From Calcarisporiella thermophila CBS 279.70 (Eukaryota > Fungi > Calcarisporiellomycota), in contig NW_027192195.1 in NCBI RefSeq assembly GCF_041956535.1, forward strand, positions 1,020,287-1,084,286: a stretch of 64,000 nucleotides of DNA, given 5' to 3'. This document shows, in pieces, positions 50,240 to 60,785 of this stretch. The notes under the pieces were generated by a model. The model worked only from the letters and a program-made list of their open reading frames with translations, was not told the DNA's origin and searched no databases. The position numbers were made by a program, and so were the translations under genes. Numbering within the stretch: position 1 is the first letter of the stretch; each line of letters begins with the position of its first letter.

Positions 50240-52222
50240 TCAGTTTTCTTGAGCAACCCCGTTTGTAGCGGGGCCGGTAGGCTGCTGATGGGGCTGCCGA
50301 CCTCGACGATTTCCGCCATTCTCTGCGTTCCGGCGATCACCTCCCTGCTGCTGTGGCTGCGATGGGGGGTGGCTGGCCTGCTGGCCTCTATCTCCTCTTC
50401 TTCCCCCACTCCTACGATATCCACCCCCGCCCCCTCCTTTCCTAAACCTTCGCCGACCGAGGTCAGCCTGCCCAAACGTCTCCAAATTCAGCTTCCTCTC
50501 CTCGTTCATTTTAGCCCGCCTCTCGGTCTGGGAGAGCTGGGATTTCCTCCCGGCGCCCTCATTGCCATCACGCACACGCTCCTTCAGCTCGCATGATATA
50601 TTGTCGAAGAATGATTTCTTTTTGTCATAGAAGTTTTCCGAAGGAATGAGGACGACTTCGCTCTCATTCTCGCGCACCATCTCCTCCTTGTTGAATTTGG
50701 CGTTGGCAGACTCGAAGTCGAAATCAGAATTCGGCACTTGGGTTCGCTGGGAAGGTGCCTTGTGATTCTGGCCGGGGGGACGACGCGGACCTCCTCGGGA
50801 GGGGCGGCGGGGATTCGATTGGCCTCGCTGATTTTGAGAAGGGGGATGCTCGGCTGGTCGGGTATGCTGATCGGGTGTATCTGTTTCCATAGGAATAGTA
50901 GGGAGGGTAAGCAATAGCAATACTTTTAAGCGATCACAGTGGCGTTGGAGGGAGGAGGTTCATCATACTTAGTGATACAGACCTTTGTTTCCTACGTTAA
51001 GCTTACTGACACGCTTTGCCAACTGTTCAATTGACTTGGCAGTGGGGGTGTCCTTCTGCGACTGTGGTGCCACCGTCTCCTGTTTCTTCGATGGTTCGCC
51101 TGCTTTTGCGGGCCCTGGAAGGTCCTATATTCGACATCACCAGAAAATGAGCGGTTAGACCATTTTGAAACACGAAAGAGTAAAGAGTATAGTCATCCAG
51201 TGAGGACAAGAGACAGCATCAGAATATTTAGAAAGCATGCTGGCAATAGTAGAAATGAAGAGAAGGTATACCGATGGTTTAGCGGGGGTCGGTGGGGAGG
51301 GCTCGGGCTGGTTCCAACCTCCCTGTACGCCATTGTAGGAATATTGAGGTTCATGCGTAGGCAGAGAAGAAGAGTTGTTCGCTTGCTGGACTTGCTGGGG
51401 GACCGAAGCCTGGAAAAATAAATATTGACAAGTCAATACTACTCATACACAAAGAGAATTGCAAAGGACGCATACTCCAACAATGGCAGGGTCATTGGGT
51501 AACAATGAGGCGGGAGGAGGTGGAGGAGGGGCTGGTGACTCAAAAACCTGCAGATCCACTACATCCGCACCGCGGAAAACAATAAACTCGAATAGATTGT
51601 CGGAAGGTGGGATCTCCTCGGCGGGATTGCCTTTTCTTCCTTCGGTGCCAAAGGAACGGACTAGAGTTTATAGGAGATCAATAGTTAGTCCCAGTGCAAA
51701 AAACAGGATGCAATTCCGTGCTCGAAAATATATTGCTAGATAATCAAACGCCATATCTATATACATTCTCATCAAGAATAAAATCTGTAAAAACAGCGGC
51801 TTTTCTCGGCTCCCTTCATTATTCTTTCCATTCTTCCCTCCTCTTTTACATCAATGCTCGTATAGGATAGGCAACCATGGATCGATTTTCATCAAGTTGT
51901 GCATTAAAAAATCGATTTCTGACTCTGAGAAATCGCGAGAAATGGCTCGCCATGGTAGAGCAGGTTCATATACAAATATTGTCTAAGTTGCACGTATATC
52001 CATGGTGTTGCCCGAGATTTTACACCCCTTCTCCATAGCCGATTGAAATTGCCACCGAAATGAAACAATAGAGAAAAGGGAGAAAAAAAAAAGAATGCAA
52101 TAGTCACCTTGTGCCAAAGAAACGGTGGATTTTTCCGGGTCGATGGAGTGCAGAATACCGACGTAGCGTATCTGACTCCTGGAGATGAGAGAGATTTTGG
52201 ACCCAAGGAAGGAGGAGCTCAT
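50240..52222 (-). CDS. SCD6: LSM14/Scd6/RAP55 mRNP (P-body) protein
   Basis: Lsm domain [20 protein letters not shown]..|[40 protein letters not shown] and RGG repeats. Confidence 0.93.
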
Positions 52223-52511
52223 CTCGTGCCCTTTGCGATAGTCAGGAGAGCGAGGGATTAGTGCGCAGGGGAGAATGGGGAATGAATGAGCCGATAATGG
52301 AGATGATCCACAATCCGAATATATGAACCGAGGTTGGAGAGGTGGCCGTCCTTTTCGGTGTCTGAAATAAAGCCGTTCCAAGCCATCTTCGCCCGCTGAT
52401 TCGCGTTGTAATTTTTTCTTGAAAAACCCAATAGAGTTTGTCTTTTAAGGTATTGTACCAGCAGGATCAATAAACACAAGTTTGCTTAATTCATTTCAAA
52501 ATTAGCGCTAG

Positions 52512-54894
52512 ATGGAGACTGAAGTGGCCAGAGCCGAAAAGCTTCTAGCAGCCCGCAAAAAGGTAATTTAAAACCATTTCTTTGGCCCATGTTTGAAAGC
52601 GCGGATCACCTAACCCCTGCCTCCGTCCCCATGCCAGCTCAAGAAATTTCAAATGAAGAAAGAAGAGCCTCGTAGCAGAACTCCCAGTCTGGCGTCCGTA
52701 TCAAGTGCCGGCACTGCGGATGACCTCACGCTCAACCACACCTCTCCCCCCTCCCTAGCGACCTCTCATCCCCCTCTCCTCTCTCATCATCACCCATCCC
52801 CAGGACTCGACGCTAAATTGGAACCAATCAACCCCGCTCCCCCTTCGATCAGAGAATATGGAAGCAGAGCGTCAGACGATTGCAGAATGTTACCTCCATC
52901 ACCCCCGGCTTACCCTGCTGGAACCAGGCGAGAGTGGGGGCAGCTCCCGATCGAAATCGATCCTAACAGGGAGAGGACAATGGAAGACATGTCGAAAGAC
53001 TTGGAAAGAGAAATGGCACGATTGCGGTACGAACTGGAGAACAGCTTGCGCAAGCAGGTACTGAAATGTCAATTCTCCCCTCGTTCGTAGGCGTATTCCC
53101 ATTAACCTTGCCTATTCTTCATCTTAGGAGGAGTCTGAAAAGCACCACCTACTGGAAAAATCGCACCTGGAGAATCAGCTCAATGTGCAAACAGAAACCA
53201 TAACACGGCTTCGGCGCGACGTATCTAACGCAGAGCTTCGTCTTGCTCAAAACGAACAGGAGCTCGCTTCCCTTACCCAGGTGCACCAACAAGAAAAATC
53301 TCGCCTCACCCATCAGCTGAGTGATCTTAACGCTATCGCGGATCAGCTTCGCGAACACCACGCCAGCGCAGAGCAGCTAATAGCACGCCGGGATGAAGAG
53401 CTGGCGGCGCTCCGCCTCCAAATCTCGGAAAGCGAGAATCGCCTGGCAGAGATGACGGAAGCAACGGAGAAAATGCAAGCTCTTCGTGGGGCAGTGGACG
53501 GGCTTCGCGAAGAGAACGTGGCCCTTGCTGTTCAAATTCAGGAGACGATGGCCTCCATGGCGAAAAAGGAGAACCTCATTGCCGAGCTCACCTCAGAACG
53601 TGACTCGCTGCAATCCAACCTGGACAGTGCACAGATGAGCACGGCAAAGCTGGCTCGAGAGGTAGCGAATGCAGGCGATCATATTGAACGGCTGGAGATG
53701 GAAAACCAAAGATTGCAGGCCGAGGCCGAGAAATGGAGAGAGAAGGGCGAAAGGGTGGGTGAGACGCTGCAGATGGTGGAGGAGAAGTTGCAGAAGGAGC
53801 AGGAAAGGGCCGCTCTCCTAGAGAGAGAGCTGCACGAGCAAAGGGAAGACAACGCCGGAGCTTGCACCCACCGTGGAATTGTGCTACCCATTCAGAAGAA
53901 AGGCGTGCCGCTTCTCGAGCTGAGCCATGGGACTCCGGAGCGCAAGCCCACCGCTGACCAAGACGCCGAAAAGGAGCGTGCCCATGTGTACTCCCAGCTC
54001 CTGGCCGAACGCGAAAAACGCAGCGAAGTCGAGCAGAGGCTGGATATCCTTCGCTCGACGTATGAGGCCATGGAGGAAGAATTTCGAGTGGTGGTGCGCG
54101 CCAATCGCGATCTGTCTCGGCAGTTGCTGGAAGCGCGGTCCAGCTCTGCGTCTTCCAGCAATGGCTCCCTCGGCGGAGCTAATATGCCCGGGAGCGGAAA
54201 CGGGAATAGCATGGGTGCGGACAAGCGACCCGCGTTGGGCGCAGGCGGCCTGATTTCGGGCGTCTCCTCGCGGTACAGCTCTCACGCCAAGTCCCGCATG
54301 TCCATGCCCATTATCCCTGCTCACCAAATTGCGGCGTATGCATCCGCCTCGGGACACCAACGCGGCGCGAGTATGAGTATGCACCAGCCCCAGAACCCGC
54401 TCACCCCCACCGGAAACAAGGATCCCTTCGAGGAGCAAAAGCGCCTACGGAGATCGTCCTCCTCCAATGTCAGTCAGAACTACATGATGGGAGGAAGGAG
54501 GAGCATTGGGAGCCAGAGCTATGTTTCTCACCGCACCTCCTTCTCCACCTCTCCCTCGCAGCCATCCTCCCCCCTCCCTCTTTCGCCCACCTCCGCCACC
54601 ACCACCCCAAACTTTGCTAGTTCCCATGCCGGCACCGCACAGGGAATGACCCCTTCGTCCCTCTATCAAATGAGGCAGAGCCAGATGAGGCGAATGGCGA
54701 CAGACCCCTATCTCGCCTCCTCGTTGCAGTCAGCATCAGCTCAGAATCACTCTCCACCACGGTCTGCCCCCTTGTCTACCGCATCACCGCATCGACTCGG
54801 GGCTTCACCCGACCTGGGGCTGGGCCTAAATCTGGTGAAGAATACCGGTGTGCCACGATGCGCAGGATGCAGTGCACAGGTCATCGAAATCTAA
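52512..54894 (+). CDS. Coiled-coil golgin-like protein
   Basis: N-terminus AEKLLAARKK|LKKFQMK, long heptad repeats, a Ser-rich tail and the C-terminus RCAGCSAQVIEI*. Confidence 0.75.
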
Positions 54895-55313
54895 TTTCTC
54901 CCCTCCCCCTCTCTGCCCCTTTGGCCCCTTATTTATTGTCGCCAATATTTATTATAGTATCCTATATAAATAGTTTCTATTTACTGTATAAATCCTTGTT
55001 TACTTTTTTATATTCTACTCGCCGTTGGATGTGTCTCGCCCTTTCCCTGTCCCATTTCGTATACCTCCTATTTATCGATATATGGGCGTGAGTGTCTTTG
55101 TTTTTAGCTCCATCGAACCTTTCTGGTAAAAGAGAATATCTCTAAGTAGTGTTATTTTTTTTTCTTTTCAATAAACTAACATATACAAAGTATAGTTAAC
55201 AAAAGAAAATCATATAAAAATATATATATAGTGAGAAGAAAAAAAAAACAAAACAGAAAAAAAAAACACAGCTCATTAATGATTAGAAAGCAACACAATA
55301 AATATTAAACACT

Positions 55314-56402
55314 CTATGTGAGATAAAGTTTATTCTCGTGGATATAATTGATGACTGAGTTGGGGAGAAGATACCGAATGCTCATGCCGCGCTTGACAAA
55401 CAGGCGGACACGTGTGGAGGAAATGTCGTTGTAGATGAGCTGCTTGATGACAAACACATTCCGGCGGTGCTCATAAAGAATATCGTGTGAGAGAAGGAAT
55501 CCCCAAACGTCGGATCCGGTGCGTTCTACGATGAGGCAGCCGTAGTCGCGGAGGATGTGGTGAAGCTATCAAGGATTAAAAAGGGGGGGGGAGGAGGGGT
55601 GGGGGTGAGGCTTCAGTGAACCGTAGCTTGTTGAAGCTATGGAGGACTTACATCTTGCGGGTCCCATACCCCAGGATGGCCGAAGCTCTCGATCAAGTCC
55701 CCACCAGCCAAGAGCATGATCTTTATCTTTCGCATTTCTCCATCCACCGTGAGGATCCCGCCCCCCTTGATGTTCAGCTCTTCGTCAAAATGGTCCAGCG
55801 AGACGGCAGTGCGTTGATATTGTTTCTGGCGTGCCTCCCAGTTGTCGACCATAAGCCAGTCGGAGGTCTGGGCAACAGCCAATTCGCACATATTAACCCG
55901 ATGATGGGCGGGGGCAAGGCCCTCTTTTTTATAAGCATCGCTAACAGGGGAGTAGTAACCCCCAATAATTTCGAATTCTGGAACATTCTCCTCAATATAG
56001 TCTCTTGCCATTTCTAATAGAAGAGTAGACAGGAGTGTTAATTCGATGATGAAGCGGAATTAAAGTGAAAGGACATCCCCGTGGGTCGAATAATTTACCA
56101 AAGATTCTCAAGTGAAGATAGGTTATAGGTGAGAATGATCCACATGCCACAATCACCAGAGGCACCTTGCTCGCATCTAAATCATCGTTTTGACAGGTGT
56201 GAAACCGACTTCCGCCATTTCTAATCATCATTAATCGCATTTAGTGGATACCTTTCATGACCTTTCGCAATCTACTCCGCGGAAACTCGTACTCTGACAA
56301 CTGAAAATTATGGTAAAACATCCCATTATGGTCTTTACCATTCGCATCAATAATTAAGGATGAAGGACAATCCGCTAGATCGTTGAACTTTTCAAGAAGC
56401 AT
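55314..56402 (-). CDS. NMA1: Nicotinamide/nicotinate mononucleotide adenylyltransferase
   Basis: VACGSFSPITYLHLR, YSPVSDAYKKEGL, WLMVDNWE, MLLAGGDLIESF and NDISSTRVRLFVKRGMS. Confidence 0.95.
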
Positions 56403-57242
56403 CGCAGCTTTTGAAATCCCTTTATCAATGAAAGGAGGGAAAGAGGGTGGAAATAAAAGGAATGATGCTAATAGTAGATGCCAGAAGAGGATAGAGGAAG
56501 GCGGTATTCCGGGATTCGACCAGGGAGAGCCGCAAGAACAGAATCAATGAAGTGGGAGAAAGGGAAAGTGGGAGATACCGAGATGTCAAAAAATCAAGAT
56601 CAACAAGATTAATACGGCATGATAAAAATTTTTCATAAGCCACACACACTTGCATATCTTCCCATTTGCCATCGATGAATGTATTGAAACTTTACGTTAA
56701 AGCTGAGTAATTCTGAGCTCTATTCCGCCTGATATAATTATTTTGAATCAGATGCCAAGCCACAAGTGGTGGGTTATCAAGGCCCTTTCTATCGCGCGTC
56801 GATAAAACCCTAGGCCTATCTATCTCCAAACCCTATCCATGACGTACATGATTAGATGAAGGGCCGTATTCACGATGCAACTCCTTTCCAGGTTCCATTA
56901 ATGCCATGAATAGGTATGGCAATGTGTATAAAAATGGAATAACGTGCTGGATATATAGGATGATAAATTCTCTTCAATGATGAAAGGGTTAAACCCGGCT
57001 AGAAAAAAATAAGCAAAGATTTGCATGGTTATATGCTAAAATACTATGATCTAGTTCGTTTCGCTCTGCTACTATGAGCCAGGTTTGATAAATCACTTCC
57101 AACCCAGAGTTCTATTATTCATAGCTGCTGTGAGACCACAATCCTGGCGAAGAAATTGCCCATTGATTTCTGGGGGACTGCAATTTTTGAGACACGTTGG
57201 ATAATTTTTTTTTGATCTACTTTCTGCTACACGATCATCGAA

Positions 57243-58084
57243 ATGACAGCAGGATTAAGAAGTAAGCAAACAGATTATAAAACACTGTTGCAATGGACCT
57301 GACTAATATTCTTCGTTTTGCCTGCTGCAATCACTTTTGAATTCAAAAGCGTAAATAAATTTCATCAAGATGTCTTTTTAGATGCTAATACTCAATGTGT
57401 CCTTTTCTTTCCATTAGAATCATCACACTTTCATTTGTGCTGGCATGTGGATTTCTACTCGTCATTCTCTCCTGCGCATTGTACAAGTAAGTCGAAATAT
57501 TGTGAATTCTTAAATTTTCTCTTGTAATAACCTCTTCTCCCACCCCTGTCCAAAGTAACTGGTGGCCACTCTTTGTCAGTATGTATTATTATTGGCGATG
57601 ACTCTTTCTTCTTACTTTTTGAATTCCTAATCATGTCATATATCTTTATATAGTCGGGACATACGTGGTTGCTCCTATTCCCAATGCAGTCTGTGCCAGG
57701 TGCGGAGGAAGTAACGATATTATGTCGGATGAGTCCAAGTATGGACCTATATTTTATCGCCTTGCTCTATATCTATTGTTAATGGTTTGAGGGCCCTTGC
57801 CTGCTTTTCTTTATTAGCACTGGCTTGCTAGATCTTGGGCGTTTCCTAACCGGCATCCTCGTCATGACCGGATTCAGTCTTCCGTTCGTATTGGCACATG
57901 CAGAAGTCATATCCATCCCGGCCATGATCATGAGCATTGGGGGCGGGATCTTGGTGTATACAACGAGTGAGTGATTGTGCGAGATGCTTGCTCCTAGAGT
58001 AAACTCTGGTGCTAACTCTTTCTCCCTCTTTGCGCAGTCATCACCTACGGAAAATTCTTCGCCCAGGAGGAGGACGAATTCTAA
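57243..58084 (+). CDS. VPS55: Vacuolar protein sorting 55 (LEPROT family), about 7 exons including a 1-nt exon at 57350
   Basis: The spliced product is MTAGLRTIITLSFVLACGFLLVILSCALYNNWWPLFVIGTYVVAPIPNAVC..DLGRFLTGILVMTGFSLPFVLAHAEVI..MSIGGGILVYTTIITYGKFFAQEEDEF*. Confidence 0.92.
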
Positions 58085-58927
58085 AACTGCATTGCTATCA
58101 TGCTGCCTCAAATTTATCCAAATTTACACATGGCCTTGCCTTTCTCCCTTATGCCTGCTGGCTTACTTGATTGAGACTAGCTTATTTTTCCCCATTTACT
58201 CTTTCACAAAATCGTCATTATTTGTCGGCGGTGAAACAAGTCCAAAAAAATTCGCATATTTGAAAAAATGGGAATTCTTGCTCTGGTGGCGAAATCTGGA
58301 ATCAATCCATAAACTTTCCGCATTTTTTTTTTGCTGGGTGGAGAAATAAATCCTGTTTTTCAAATTTTCCCATTTTTTACCATCAGCATTTTAGGCTCCA
58401 TTGTATATCAGACCTGTCTTGGAACTTTAGAAAGCATTTTGTGCAAAAACGCTTCCACTGAGTCCTTTGTCTACAACATTTTCATCAGCAACCCCTTGCC
58501 TTGCCATTTATTTTCTAATTAGTAACCCTCCCGAGTTTTACCCACCCTTTCATTTTCCCCGGTTGCATTCAATTACCTTCGTCTCAAGACCTAAAGTAAA
58601 ACGACTAACTAGCTGTGAATTGATGCCCACCCATTGCCTCTGCTATCCTTCCTTACACGGGCTCGCGGTTCTGGATTGTCAATTCTATAATATTTGCAGA
58701 TACCAAAGAATTTTTTTTCACTTAATTTGACGAGGTAAGGAGCAACGTCTACCCTATTGTGAATAATTCTCTCCTACAAAGAGCCTTCTCTTCGAACAAA
58801 CACACTCCCTCTTTTGTTCAGTACAAACTCTAACGGCTTGCCATTGAACCTCTGTGGCTTTTTCATAGATTTCCGCATACTCCAAGACTGAAACACGCCC
58901 CTCACTATCCATACACGCGATATATCG

Positions 58928-60305
58928 ATGCAACAGCCAGCGGATGTCCCGTCTGTAGGGCACAAGCGAAAACGTAGCTCCAATAACTTGAAGGTGTCAA
59001 CAACCACGCCAGTCGGGTCCTCAGCAATCGAGAGCCCGCTTATATCGCCCCAAAATGCATACGAATATCTAGAATTCAACCTACCAAAGCCGCCAGAAAA
59101 CCTGAGCGGTGAGGCCACAAGAACTCCACCCTATAGGGGATTGCCCGCCTTTCTGAGTAAGCTGTACAGGTGAGGCATTGTTGATCGGTCTCCTCTTTGG
59201 CTAGCCCTACCTAATAAGTTATATATTACTAGTATGGTGACCGATGCATCGACCGATTGTTTTATAAGATGGACGGAGACTGGGACTTCCTTTATCGGTA
59301 TGTTTTGGATTGCTTTGACTATTAAGGGCTCATGCACTTATCCTCAATATAAGTTACCAACCCCGATGAATTCGCCCGCGTGTTGCTTCCCCGCTATTTC
59401 AAGCACTCTAACTTCTCGAGCTTCGTCCGCCAGCTAAACAAGTACCATTTCCACAAAGTCCCTCATCTGCTTATCGACGAGAATTCCAGCGAAACCTGGG
59501 AATTCAGCAATCCCAACTTCATGTCCGATCGAATAGATCTTCTATACTTTGTGCCGCGGAAACGCGAAAATAGCTCGAACTGGGCCGTTTCCCGCTCCGG
59601 CGCAAGTGGTGGAGAAACGAGTGAGATGGAGTCCTCAATGCTCAAGGATGGAATCGAAGTATCTCAAAGCCTCCAATCGAATCTCCAGAGCGAGCTACAT
59701 ATGGTAGAATGCGAGAACCATGCGCTGTGGAATGAGATTGATACCCTGCACAAAAAACACGCAAGCCAACAGGCCAAACTCGATAAAATCGGGAATCTCT
59801 TGGAGATGATATTCTCTGCTGGGGTGCAGTCGGTCTCTTCCCAATCCAGTTATTATTGCTCCCAGATGGAGCGCATGTATGAGGCGGCGAACAAACAGCG
59901 TGAATATAAAGTGAGCGAGGGGATGGAGGGACGAGATACCATTGCGGCAGCCCCGGTGGAAGGCCTACCGATCGTGCCTTCGTTGGCAAGCACCCCATCC
60001 CATTTCTCCGAGTCATCTAGTTGAGTAAAGCAAACTGTTTGTTCATCCGACATGAGTAGTTTTATCTAACTCTTTTATTTCTTCTCCTCGAAGGTTCCTT
60101 TCCGACCCCTATTTATCAGCCATTTAGTCAGCTTACTCCTTCTAGTCTCGACGCAGCTTCCTCCTCGCACGGGGACAACAAGCCTTCTCAGTTGAAGATC
60201 CCGACCTCCACTGCGGATACACTCTGTGCTCCTTTTGAAAATGTATTCAACCTCCCGTCCTGCAATGGAGAGAATCTCTGGCCCCCAGCATTCCCATCGG
60301 GCTGA
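58928..60305 (+). CDS. HSF-type DNA-binding transcription factor
   Basis: PAFLSKLY|..[11 protein letters not shown]|..[33 protein letters not shown], then a coiled coil. The last exon (60094-60305) is inferred. Confidence 0.88.
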
Positions 60306-60785
60306 ATTTAAGGGTAAGAATGGCTGGCTTTACCACTTGTCATAGAGCTATGTCCTGATATGGAGCGTGCTGCAACAATACCAGACAAAGTGAACATTTT
60401 GTGGCTTGCCAGCTGTGTTGTCATATCGCAGAGTAACGTTAAATTCCCGGTGGGTCTGACATTGGCATAGCGATAACAGCTGGGACACTAGCAGTATACC
60501 AACACCACCGCGAGAGCCTCGGAAGTGAATATAGCAAGGAAAAGCATAAGTTTTTTATAATGCAAATGTGGCATGGTGAATAACAATAACGATAACACTT
60601 CGATACTGTATACTGGTTGCCCAGTCAGCATCTCTTTATTTTTAGCGGGGAAAGTTTTTTATTTTTTCAAGCCAGTTTTATAAACATGAAAGGGATTCAA
60701 TAAAATGATCTCTTTTTACGGTGTTTTTACATCTGAAGTTCTTTCCATGAGATGATTTTAGAAGCGATACGGACAAGTTCCGGCT

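Noticed and set aside
56800-56840. AAACCCTA telomere-like motifs (also near 14220, 20528, 41168)
   Set aside because: Isolated single copies rather than an array. Enrichment cannot be shown without counting.
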